Source of the DNA: Balanoglossus misakiensis
Taxonomy: Eukaryota > Animalia > Hemichordata
Direction of reading: 5' to 3'
Length of the DNA: 64,000 bases
Assembly (NCBI GenBank): GCA_040954595.2
Contig: CM082587.2
Span: 9,677,403-9,741,402 of the forward strand
Shown piece by piece: positions 40,195 through 51,038 of this stretch (its first letter is position 1; each line of letters starts with the position of its first letter). Under the pieces are notes generated by a model. That model saw nothing but the letters and a program-made list of their open reading frames with translations. It searched no databases and was not told where the DNA came from. A program made the position numbers and the translations under genes.

Positions 40195-40784
40195 CATGTT
40201 ATTTAATATTTTATCAGTTGTTGTTTGATTGTTAAAAAATAATCCTCTGCCAGTTGGGTTATTATGCCACCTTCACCCCTAGGCCCATGTCTGTCCACTA
40301 TCAGTGTTTATATCTAAAGAAACAGCCCCTATAGTACCTGTGAAAGTGTTCCTGCATATTAGCTAAAGCCGACTGACCAGTTTTTCCAAGAGATCACCAT
40401 TCACATGTGATTAACCCCTACACAAACATTTAGAGGTTATAAACGGCTAGCGAGGGTATTTGGTTGTGTATATAAGACCTCTTAGGTGAAAATTAGCATA
40501 TTTAGCATATTTCACCCAAATATGCTAAGTTTCACCTGAGAGGTCTTATACCCACAACCAAATACCCTCGCTAGCCGTTTATAACCTCTAAATGTTTGTG
40601 TAGGGGTTAATCACATGTGAATGGTGATCTCTTGGAAAAACTGGTCATACTGGCTATTTCTTCAGATATATACACTGATAATGGACAGACATAGGTCTAG
40701 GAGTAAAGGTAGCCTAGTACCCCACTAGCAGGGGATTTGTTCCATTAAAATCAAAGAATATCTGATAAAATATTAGATAACATG
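40195..40784. repeat. ~590-bp inverted repeat/hairpin between the two convergent genes
   Basis: Near-perfect inner arms 40374-40503 and 40518-40647; more diverged outer arms 40195-40328 and 40652-40784. Confidence 0.9.
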
Positions 40785-42980
40785 CTATCTGATCCCTGTG
40801 GTAGGCGACAAGAATGAGTAATTCTTAATTGGCCTGCAAATGTTTATCGAGTTGATATTGCTTTTTATACATTGCAATAAAATGTTATTAGTTTTCGTTA
40901 GTCCAAGTATTTTCCTAAATGTTCTTATTACTACATGTAAATGTGTATCCATATGTGCAAAGTCCATTGTTTATCAACTGCATTTTAGCCAGATGATATA
41001 GAGACCAAACTGCTGAATATTTCAACACATTGATTCATTAAACTATAATACACACATTTTGCAGTATTTCGTCTACTACCAGTGTCTGTTCCACAGTTGG
41101 TCAGCTGTGAGCACCAATGGGTGTAAATTACAATTCAACATGAAATGGTACCTGAAATTTTTGTGTCCTTCAATGTATTAAAGGAAAAATATTTTCAGAT
41201 GCAACTGTATCACCCATTGATTCCAATTCCTCTTCCCCCCCCATTATCACTCCCACTTCCTCCGATCCTCACCCCATCCATATTTTTTGTGTGGATGCAG
41301 CCTTTTTCCACTTGTACATACATATATTCTGTTTTAATGACAACTAAACTGTAGACAAATTAATGCAAGTCCAGACTCAAATTCAGTACACACGTGCTGT
41401 GTTGATAAGCTAAATGCTTGGTATTTCATCATGGGTTTGAACATGAAAAAGCAGTTGATACACAAAGTAGGTACATGTATACACTTAAAATTGTTGACCC
41501 CCAAAATGTACCTATAAAGGGCAAATTCAGTACATTGTGTACTGCAAGCTAAACACAGCATTTCAACATTATTTTGGGAGATGAACATGCACGATGTTAC
41601 AAATGTAACTTTGAGCTTTTTCCGAGTCTAACGAGGGCATTGACCTTTCCCTCATTTACTTTGTGATACGATCTAACTCCTGTAACTCCCTTAGCTGGCT
41701 CATGCAGGTTAGAAAGTCCCTTGACCTTCCATCTGGCTGTCCTTCTTCTGTTAAGATTATCAAAGGGATGGTTCTGCATGTGGGAATAAAGAAAACAGAG
41801 ACTGTTTTTCTTGCCATATAAATTAGCAACTAGATATAAAAGTAAAAATGTGAACTCAATGATATTCAACAGAGCACTATTGCAAAATTGCTCAAATACA
41901 TTTGTTACACATGTACAAACAGATACTAGTAATCCGTAAGCTCCTTCTGATACACCTACCACCTGTGCTGTAAAAATTTGATGACAAAAACAAAGCAACA
42001 AACTTACATGAAGTCTTTCTCTGAAATGAACGTTGGTGGGGGAATTGGTTGACTTGAGGGTTCTGAGTCAAGCTCTAATTCCTGTTGTGGATAGATTGCT
42101 GCTGATGAAAGCCTCACCGGAAAACCTCTGTAAGTCCAAAACAATGAGCAATGACAATATGTTGTGAAAATATTTAGAAATGAACATTAATGTTAAAAAA
42201 AGTGTTTATATTGCAGGCCTTGGCCATATTGTTCTTCTGTAAATGATACCACACATTATTGTCAACCTTTTTCAACAATTTGATAGTCAAAAATATATAA
42301 GAACAAAATTATAAATCGAGGATCCATTATTCTTTAATAGTCTTATATGTCTCTTTCCAAAAAAAGTCAATACCCTACACTTTTCTGTACATGAAAGAAT
42401 TATGCTTATCACATGCTATGTACCTGCAAGGGTCATACCGTACAACCATCTCTCCACATATCTTCGCAAAACTGGTTTCCAAATCGATGCAGTTTGGGAC
42501 ACCATTTCGTGAACCTGACAATGATGCCAAACTTCCAAAGAGACTTTCACAAGGTTGACTGGTCACTGCACGTTGATTGTAGGTTCTTCGTTTTACAAGC
42601 CCACATAGTATCAGCTCTGCATCAATATTTGCAATGGTTGATTCCCATAATGCCCTTGGATATCCATGAATAAACATCCCAGGAGGTGGAAAGCTGTACA
42701 GATCAACCATTGATAACAGTGTCTCCCTGTATCTGTGCATGAAAAATGATAAAGGGATAAAACAAAACATATAGGAAATAACATCTTTCATGGGTTAACA
42801 TTAATACGTGTGATAAAAGTGTCTTAAAAGTAAAAGGAAAAAAAATGTGTTTCAAGTAAACCAGTAAACAAAACAAAACAAACAAATCAACAGACTAACT
42901 AACAAGAGCTCAGTTAAATCACATGGTATTGGTGACAATAAAATTATGAAATTAATTAAAATTAACACCAACCTTATTTT

Positions 42981-43622
42981 TGTAACGGCCTTGTTGATCC
43001 ATTGAATTTGTATACATGTATATCTGTATGTATGTTATACCTGTATCTTATAGTAATTAGTTATTCAATTATTCATATGACGTAATAGTACTTACCTTCA
43101 ATTGGTTGATCTTAATTATATGCAAACCACCTGGAAGTTTCATTTGACCAATGAACACAAGCTAATCTGGCACTATGATGTAATTGCTGATATAAAAGGA
43201 CATGGTGCATAAAATTGGTCAGTTCACCTCTGTAGCCAGACCGGCCACACACGTTGGAACTGACATGTATTTGTTCCATTTCAGGTTAGTTTCCTTGTAC
43301 CTTACCTGTTGCTTGAAGCTTTGTATTTTGGTGCATTCTACCGACTCATTTCAGCACAAGTAATTGGTGTCGTTAACTTGCGTCAATTTTCCAATTGTAT
43401 GTCTATATTTTTCACTTGAATGAATTTTGGTGTATTCTGTTGGAGGTGAACTCCCATACATGTGTGTAATTTAGCAGTTCACCTCTGTAGCCAGACCGGC
43501 CACACACGTTGGAACTGACATGTATTTGTTCCATTTCAGTTATTAAATGTAAGGCCTATGTCTTTGTTACCCGTAACCTGTTTGGTGTGAATATGTTGGA
43601 ATGAACGGCGACAACCGTGACA
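42981..43622 (+). repeat. 5' LTR (642 bp)
   Basis: TGTAACGG...CCGTGACA; no difference seen by eye from 50397-51038. Confidence 0.97.
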
Positions 43623-43624
43623 AA

Positions 43625-43643
43625 TGGCGTAGTCGGCAGGATT
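43625..43643 (+). promoter_or_regulatory. Primer-binding site, tRNA-Ser
   Basis: TGGCGTAGTCGGCAGGATT is complementary to the conserved animal tRNA-Ser 3' end AATCCTGCCGACTACG-CCA; it starts 2 nt after the LTR. Confidence 0.9.
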
Positions 43644-44695
43644 TGGCAATTCCTACGCAAGTTCTTGTTTCGGGACGGAGAGGATGATACTGACAAGTGC
43701 CATGTTTTAACTGGTCAGAAGTGTCTGGACAACGGACAACGCCCAACCAGGTGTGTCTTTCGCTGAGCTGGACGTCCTTGGGGAGCCAACCGGACTGCAG
43801 ACAGACGGGAGCCAGGTCCAAGCGTCAACGGCGAGGAAAATTCTCTGCAGAGTGCCAAGTGGTGAAGTCGCTGAACTGTTACCGGCCGGAACTGTTTAGT
43901 GTGAAGTGTTCATCGCGGTATACAAAGTATTGTGTGTCCAGAACTTGACAGTGTTATTCCGTGCGAACTATAGACAGTGCGCATAAATTCCGTCCGTGGC
44001 GCATAGTTTCCATCTGTGATAACTTCGGACTTGAACTTGTGGACTGGGTATTTTATTGCAAACGAACTTTCTGGTTATTCGCCGTAGAACCTGGTGTAAC
44101 GTAAATTTTTCTTAGAAATTTCAATATTGTCTATATAATGCAATGTGGTCAAAGTAGTTTTGACTTTGATTTAATTGTTGAAGTGGGCTCCATGTGGATA
44201 TAAACCCCTGTTTTGTTGCCTTTAGCCTGCTTTAAACGAAAAAAAATATATATATAAATTTTATTTTCTTTCAACAGTATATTTTGGTTAAGTGCTGAAG
44301 TATAATTTTCTTTGTAAATTTCAGTTCATTATTTTCCAAACGACGTGGAAAAAAAAATTGTCAGCACTTGTTGAAAAAAAAATATTAAGTTATAAGTTAA
44401 ATATTGTATAGTGACTTGAGTTAGTTTATTATTGTATTAGTTATTTAGTTGTTTCATTATTATTGAGACTGTCCATGAATGGTCGTATTCATCCAAATCA
44501 TACATTAGTCTCTATAGAACCTTTGGCAGTGTCTGTAAGCTATTCTACGCTTATTTCATTCCCTGTTAACGTATGTGCTATGCCAGTAGATACTGATATT
44601 ATTGTTAAGATTTTCCAGTGAAATAGCTTGCATTGCATCGTATTTAACGACACGTCAGAGTCCTCCCAAATTGCCTCTCATTTTATGGAAAAAAA

Positions 44696-46120
44696 ATGGC
44701 TGTGTCCAAAATATCAATTCAAGAGCGAAGCATTTATGTGCAACACTTGCCTTTTGAATGTACAAAGAAACATTTTAGAGAAGTTATCGAGTTACAGCTT
44801 GGTTTGGCCCAGGTTGATCAAATTTATATTTCTGATAAAGATTCCGCTTTTGTCATATTTGAGAATATAGAATCAGCCACAGCCGCTCTGCCAGTAATAC
44901 ATAAAAGCACTTTTGAAGAAAGCAAATTACGGGCAAGTCGTGTGACCACAGCCCGAGGGTTGGAACTGTGGCATTTAATTGAGGAAACCGAACAAAGTAC
45001 TGGCCTAGATTACAATGAAACCAGTGATCCCAAGACATCCAAACCCAAAGCAGATGTACAGGAAATTATTAACATGTTGAGTTTACTGTCTGAAGCAGAT
45101 AGGAAAGCGGTTGCACAGGCCATATCACCTGCTCCACTGAAACCAATCGTATCAACCCCTATGCCACAGCCGATTCCATTTCCAGCATTTCCAGTACCAA
45201 CTTCAGTTGCAGATTCTTCACCATTTATTATGTCTTCACCTGCCCAAGCAGCTGCTGCACAGCCAGCCACAGCCACTACTGCTTTTCACTCGGTGGAATT
45301 CCCAAGAATAGTCGTCTTCTCTGGCAAAGGTGATGTCACTTATGAAATGTGGCGATATGAAGTTCGAGCACTACAGAGGGAGAATGTGTTTCCGGAGACC
45401 ATAATTATGCAGGCTGTTCGGAAATCCCTACGAGCGTCCGCTGCTGAAGTCCTACTACATATGGGAGAAGACATCACAGTGTCCCGATTGATGGCGAAGA
45501 TGGACATGGTCTTTGGGAAAGTATTGCCACCGGAAGCAGTTTTGGAAAAATTCTATACAGCACGACAAACGAAGACAGAAAAGGTAGCAGAATGGGCCTG
45601 TCGCATCGAAGGACTTTTGGATGAACTCAGATCAGGTCAGTCCATCTCTAGTAATTCAGAAGAAACCATGCTTCGAACCAAATTCTTTTCTGGCCTGTCA
45701 GATGAGCACATTAAGAATGCAATCAGACACCGATATGATACAGGAGAAGATTATTCAGGATTGTTGCTAGCCGCAAGAAAGTTTGAAGTAAATAGGGAGA
45801 CCACTACCAGGGTTCACCAAGCAACTGTTGCTGACAAGACGATGATAACCAAATTGGAGGAACTTACCAAAGGTCTGAAGAACTTAGCTGAGAAGGTTGC
45901 TGAACTAGAGAAGCGAACTTCAACATCATCAACTCCAGAGTCTACTTTTCGCCGACATGTCAACAATGAAAATGGCCGGGATCGGCGTGGCAACGATGGA
46001 ACTCGCCAACCCAAACAAGTTTTCCCAGGCAACTGCTTCAAGTGTGGTGAACATGGACACAAAAAGACAGACTGTCCTTTAAATGGGGAGCGACCAGGCA
46101 TCCGGAGGGACATGCGCTAG
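44696..46120 (+). CDS. gag: Gag (PNMA/Ma-like capsid) with N-terminal RRM-like domain and CCHC zinc knuckle
   Basis: RNP2/RNP1-like SIYVQHLP...SAFVIFEN; capsid FSGKGDVTYEMWRYEV...VRKSLRASAAEVL; CFKCGEHGHKKTDC. Confidence 0.93.
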   Translation: MAVSKISIQERSIYVQHLPFECTKKHFREVIELQLGLAQVDQIYISDKDSAFVIFENIESATAALPVIHKSTFEESKLRASRVTTARGLELWHLIEETEQSTGLDYNETSDPKTSKPKADVQEIINMLSLLSEADRKAVAQAISPAPLKPIVSTPMPQPIPFPAFPVPTSVADSSPFIMSSPAQAAAAQPATATTAFHSVEFPRIVVFSGKGDVTYEMWRYEVRALQRENVFPETIIMQAVRKSLRASAAEVLLHMGEDITVSRLMAKMDMVFGKVLPPEAVLEKFYTARQTKTEKVAEWACRIEGLLDELRSGQSISSNSEETMLRTKFFSGLSDEHIKNAIRHRYDTGEDYSGLLLAARKFEVNRETTTRVHQATVADKTMITKLEELTKGLKNLAEKVAELEKRTSTSSTPESTFRRHVNNENGRDRRGNDGTRQPKQVFPGNCFKCGEHGHKKTDCPLNGERPGIRRDMR

Positions 46121-49100
46121 GTCGGAACGGTAACAGTCCCTCTAATGTTATTGATTCGTTAATAGGCCACGCCAATGAAACTGAGATTGTGTTGGAAGGA
46201 TCCTCGTGTATTGCGCTGATAGACACCGGGTCCATGGTATCTACTGTTGCTGACACTTTTAACAGAGAGAAGCTACAGAAACCAATTCATGACCTGAACA
46301 ACTTGGTGAAGGTAGAAGGGGCTAGTGGTACAGAAGTTCCTTACCTTGGTTATATTGAAGTTGAAGTGAAATTCCCAGATAGCCATGGACAAGAGATGTC
46401 TAAAGATATATTATTGCTTGTTGTTGAAGACACGGAATATAATCAGATGGTTCCAGTTGTGATAGGCACAAATGTTCTCCAACATTTTGTGGATGAAGAT
46501 ACACAGTACAATACAGACCTATCCTCAGTATGGAGACTAGCATACCAAGCGACTATCCACCGGCAGAGGGCCGAAGGTAGGACATTTACAGTTACCACTA
46601 CTAAACCCACAACCATTGGACCATACGAACGCACAGTCATCCATGGATTTTGCAGAGTGGACCTAAGAAATTGTCAATCAGTAGTTGTGGTGGAACCAGA
46701 AAATGACAGACTTTTACCTGGTGGTTTACTTGTTACTCCAGCCGTGTTGAAGTTAGAGCCTCGTGGTAATTCGTGTCGAATCCCAGTAATGGTGACCAAC
46801 TATGGAGCACGTGCTGTCACAGTTCCCCCTAAAAGCACCCTATGTAACATGAACTTAGCATCTAATGTCTCACAGCCTTTAGATCCATATGGAGATGATA
46901 TTGATACAAACTCAGATGGGACCACCTCACCAAAAGTACCCGATTGGCTGATAAAAGACCTGGGATTACAAGAGGCAGATACAGAATTAACAGAAATCCA
47001 GAAAGACCAAGCCTTGGCTACCATTGGTAAATGGCAAACCGTGTTCTCTACAGGTGAGAGAGATTTGGGACACACAACATTGGTAACACATTCGATAAAG
47101 TTAACGGATGAAACCCCCTTTAAAGATAAATACCGTCGAATCCCTATGGGTATGTACGAAGAATTGCAACAGTACCTGCAAGATATGCTACAGAGTGGTG
47201 TGATTAGAGAATCAAACAGCCCGTGGTCCTCAAATGTTGTATGTGTCAGAAAACCTGATGGGAAGCTGAGGGTGTGTATTGATTATAGACGTCTCAACGC
47301 CAAAACCATTAAAGACGCTTACGCATTACCCCGGGTATTGGATACGCTTGATAACCTTAGTAACGCCGAGTGGTTTTCATCGCTTGATCTACGGTCTGGA
47401 TATTACCAAGTAGAGATGGCGGAAGACGACAAAGCGAAGACAGCTTTCACGGTGGGAAACTTCGGCTTATTTGAATTCAACCGTATGTCTATGGGTCTGA
47501 CCAACGCACCTGCAACTTTCCAGCGTCTCATGGAGAAGTGTTTTGGAGAATTGGCGTTCAGAGAATGTTGTGTGTATTTAGATGACATCATAGTATTTTC
47601 GAAGACTTTTGAAGACCACCTCAATAGATTGGAGCGGGTATTCCAGCGGCTGGCATCACATGGATTAAAGTTGAAGGCAACGAAATGTGTTTTATTCCAG
47701 AAGAAGGTGAAATATCTTGGACACGTGGTATCAGCCGACGGAATTACAACGGACCCAGACAAGGTAGCAGCTCTGAAGGAATGGCCAATACCCACTACTG
47801 TAACAGAACTGAGAAGATTTCTTGGATTTGCAGGGTATTACAGGAGATTTATCCAAAGCTACAGTAATATTGCCAAGCCACTTAACGACTTGCTGTGTGG
47901 ACGTCAGTCAAGGAATAAGGCGGGAAAATTTGAAAAACTCCAGTGGGGACAACAGGAACAACAAGCTTTCGACACTCTGAGGAAGAGCCTAATGTCGTCA
48001 CCAATACTAGCCTTTGCTGACTACTCACTTCCATTTGAAATACATACTGATGCAAGTTCCACAGGTCTGGGAGCAGTGCTGTATCAACGCCAGAAAGGTA
48101 TTCTCAGAGTAATTGCCTATGCAAGTAGAGGACTCACCAAGTCTGAAAGTAATTATCCAGCTCATAAATTAGAATTTTTGGCACTGAAATGGGCCGTCAC
48201 CAAGAAGTTCAACGACTACCTGTATGGAAGCAAATTCACTGTGTTTACAGACAACAACCCTTTGACGTATGTGTTAACTTCTGCGAAACTGGATGCGGTG
48301 GGACACAGATGGTTGTCAGACTTGTCATTGTACGACTTCTCTATTGTTTACCGGAGTGGTAAGAAGAATATAGAGGCTGACGCTTTGTCTAGGATTCCAT
48401 GGAATAGAGAGAATCCAGAGACGGAAACCAATCTGGGAGCCGATGTAGTCCAGGCGCTTTGTCGAGCAACAGAAGGTCCATACGTAACTTCATTCGGAAT
48501 GGTAGCAGATGAGGACAGACCTGCAGTAGTTCAAGGTGGGGATGATGTGTTCTGGAAGACGGAGCAGTCCAAAGATTCAATAATACGGTATGTGACTGAT
48601 CAGCTTGAAAAGGACCACAAACCACTTATGAGAGATCATACAGGAGATATCAGACTACTTATACGAGATTGGAAACGCCTTGTTCTGAAGAATGGAGTCC
48701 TATACAGGAAATGCTTCATCGATGATATACAATATTTGCAACTTGTCTTACCAGTACACCATAGAAAAGATGTCCTGGAGGAACTACATGATAAACTTGG
48801 ACACTTTGGCCAAGATAAAACCCTGGATCTGGTACGACGAAGATTCTACTGGCCTAGGATGTCGATGGATGTTCAAAAGAAAGTGGAACATTGTTTACCA
48901 TGCATTCGCAGGAAAAGTTCAACTTCCTTACCCAGAACTCCCTTGGTTAATATTCACACATCACAACCGATGGAAATGGTGTGCATCGACTTTCTCCATA
49001 TACCAACACCAGATCAAGGATATAGCAACATATTAGTGATGACGGACCATTTCACTCGATACGCTATAGCAGTACCTACAAAGAACCAGTCTGCCAAAAC

Positions 49101-50337
49101 AACTGCCAAAGCATTGTTTGAACATTTGATTTTGCATTATGGGTTCCCAGGACGATTACACAGTGACCAGGGGCGAAACTTTGAGTCGTCTACAATTCAG
49201 GAACTTTGCCGAATAGCTAATATTAAGAAGTCCAGGACCACTCCATACCACCCCCAGGGAAATGGAATGTGCGAACGATTTAATAAGACGTTATTACAGA
49301 TGCTTGGAACTATGAATGAAGACAACAAAACAAGATGGGCTTCACATGTCAATACGATGGTTAATGCCTATAATTCTACAAAGCATGAAAGCACCGGATA
49401 TTCACCTTTCTTTTTGATGTTTGGTCGTGAACCAAGACTGCCTATAGATGTATCTGGACATGCAGACCAGACCAACCTAGAATATGGTGGAACAGTTTCA
49501 GATTATGTGACGAAACTTGCCGAACGGTTGGATTACGCCTATAAAGTAGCAACGGAACGGTCTGTTAAGTCTGGTGAACGGCAGAAGAAGTCATATGATA
49601 GAAAAGTGAAGGTGGCCATAATACAACCTGGTGATACTGTGTTGGTGAAGAATACAGGACCTAAAGACAATTACAAATTGGCAGACCAATGGGAAAAGGA
49701 TCCATATACAGTGATTTCACAGCCCATAGAAGACATTCCAGTATACGTGGTACAAAAACAAGTTAAGGGTGGAAGGAAGCGGACACTACATAGAAATTTG
49801 CTACTCCCAATACCAATAATTCCGGACGAACTGGATGACGATGTTAACACCAAGATGACGCAGCGTGATGTTAAGCAGAGTGTACCGGGTGTTATCAACG
49901 ATGCTACCCAGGATGCAGTGGACGAAGAGGATGACGGCATTGGTAAATTGCAATTCGTGTCAACTATCAACTTGCCAACAGAACACAATGCTCTTAATCC
50001 TACTGCTGCAGAATTCATCCCATCCAGAAGAGAAAGTTCCCTGATGGACAACCCCACAGGTATGGTTAATCCGGATGGACCTTCTCAAATACTTACCTCA
50101 GATTTCTCGAATCATATTTTGCAAAGTACGGATGGTTGGTCATCGAGCGATCCAGATGGTATCACTCCTGCTACAACCAACATCAGTCCTGACTCCAGTA
50201 GTAGTACTCAACCTGAACCACGCTATCCTACACGACAGAGACGACCTCCAGATAGATATAGTCCCGAACAATGGAATCTAAAACAGTTTGCTCATACGAC
50301 TTTATCTTCTATACCATTTATTAATTGCCACTATTAA
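46078..50337 (+). CDS. pol: Pol polyprotein (protease, RT, RNase H, integrase), probably expressed by -1 frameshift
   Basis: LIDTGS, YLDDIIVFS, TDASSTGLGAVL, H-H-C-C zinc finger, D-D-E integrase (HSDQGRNFES). The pol frame is open from the slippery heptamer T TTA AAT at 46078-46084. Confidence 0.96.
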   Translation, partial: FKWGATRHPEGHALGRNGNSPSNVIDSLIGHANETEIVLEGSSCIALIDTGSMVSTVADTFNREKLQKPIHDLNNLVKVEGASGTEVPYLGYIEVEVKFPDSHGQEMSKDILLLVVEDTEYNQMVPVVIGTNVLQHFVDEDTQYNTDLSSVWRLAYQATIHRQRAEGRTFTVTTTKPTTIGPYERTVIHGFCRVDLRNCQSVVVVEPENDRLLPGGLLVTPAVLKLEPRGNSCRIPVMVTNYGARAVTVPPKSTLCNMNLASNVSQPLDPYGDDIDTNSDGTTSPKVPDWLIKDLGLQEADTELTEIQKDQALATIGKWQTVFSTGERDLGHTTLVTHSIKLTDETPFKDKYRRIPMGMYEELQQYLQDMLQSGVIRESNSPWSSNVVCVRKPDGKLRVCIDYRRLNAKTIKDAYALPRVLDTLDNLSNAEWFSSLDLRSGYYQVEMAEDDKAKTAFTVGNFGLFEFNRMSMGLTNAPATFQRLMEKCFGELAFRECCVYLDDIIVFSKTFEDHLNRLERVFQRLASHGLKLKATKCVLFQKKVKYLGHVVSADGITTDPDKVAALKEWPIPTTVTELRRFLGFAGYYRRFIQSYSNIAKPLNDLLCGRQSRNKAGKFEKLQWGQQEQQAFDTLRKSLMSSPILAFADYSLPFEIHTDASSTGLGAVLYQRQKGILRVIAYASRGLTKSESNYPAHKLEFLALKWAVTKKFNDYLYGSKFTVFTDNNPLTYVLTSAKLDAVGHRWLSDLSLYDFSIVYRSGKKNIEADALSRIPWNRENPETETNLGADVVQALCRATEGPYVTSFGMVADEDRPAVVQGGDDVFWKTEQSKDSIIRYVTDQLEKDHKPLMRDHTGDIRLLIRDWKRLVLKNGVLYRKCFIDDIQYLQLVLPVHHRKDVLEELHDKLGHFGQDKTLDLVRRRFYWPRMSMDVQKKVEHCLPCIRRKSSTSLPRTPLVNIHTSQPMEMVCIDFLHIPTPDQGYSNILVMTDHFTRYAIAVPTKNQSAKTTAKALFEHLILHYGFPGRLHSDQGRNFESSTIQELCRIANIKKSRTTPYHPQGNGMCERFNKTLLQMLGTMNEDNKTRWASHVNTMVNAYNSTKHESTGYSPFFLMFGREPRLPIDVSGHADQTNLEYGGTVSDYVTKLAERLDYAYKVATERSVKSGERQKKSYDRKVKVAIIQPGDTVLVKNTGPKDNYKLADQWEKDPYTVISQPIEDIPVYVVQKQVKGGRKRTLHRNLLLPIPIIPDELDDDVNTKMTQRDVKQSVPGVINDATQDAVDEEDDGIGKLQFVSTINLPTEHNALNPTAAEFIPSRRESSLMDNPTGMVNPDGPSQILTSDFSNHILQSTDGWSSSDPDGITPATTNISPDSSSSTQPEPRYPTRQRRPPDRYSPEQWNLKQFAHTTLSSIPFINCHY

Positions 50338-50396
50338 TCAAATATCTTTAACTTACTTTAAATGACGAGGACGCCATTTCTCCTCGCAGGGGTGCG

Positions 50397-51038
50397 TGTA
50401 ACGGCCTTGTTGATCCATTGAATTTGTATACATGTATATCTGTATGTATGTTATACCTGTATCTTATAGTAATTAGTTATTCAATTATTCATATGACGTA
50501 ATAGTACTTACCTTCAATTGGTTGATCTTAATTATATGCAAACCACCTGGAAGTTTCATTTGACCAATGAACACAAGCTAATCTGGCACTATGATGTAAT
50601 TGCTGATATAAAAGGACATGGTGCATAAAATTGGTCAGTTCACCTCTGTAGCCAGACCGGCCACACACGTTGGAACTGACATGTATTTGTTCCATTTCAG
50701 GTTAGTTTCCTTGTACCTTACCTGTTGCTTGAAGCTTTGTATTTTGGTGCATTCTACCGACTCATTTCAGCACAAGTAATTGGTGTCGTTAACTTGCGTC
50801 AATTTTCCAATTGTATGTCTATATTTTTCACTTGAATGAATTTTGGTGTATTCTGTTGGAGGTGAACTCCCATACATGTGTGTAATTTAGCAGTTCACCT
50901 CTGTAGCCAGACCGGCCACACACGTTGGAACTGACATGTATTTGTTCCATTTCAGTTATTAAATGTAAGGCCTATGTCTTTGTTACCCGTAACCTGTTTG
51001 GTGTGAATATGTTGGAATGAACGGCGACAACCGTGACA
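50397..51038 (+). repeat. 3' LTR (642 bp)
   Basis: Direct repeat of 42981-43622, preceded by a short purine-rich tract GCAGGGGTGCG. Confidence 0.97.

Larger units (their letters stand above)
42981..51038 (+). mobile_element. Full-length Ty3/Gypsy LTR retrotransposon
   Basis: TG...CA 642-bp LTRs, 4-bp TSD TTTT (42977-42980 and 51039-51042), PBS, intact gag and pol (PR-RT-RH-IN order). Confidence 0.98.

Noticed and set aside
50983-51038. C-terminus MSRLSPFIPTYSHQTGYG of the 1413-aa ORF (and ORF 43567-43821)
   Set aside because: Read-through into the antisense Gypsy LTR, not the native C-terminus.
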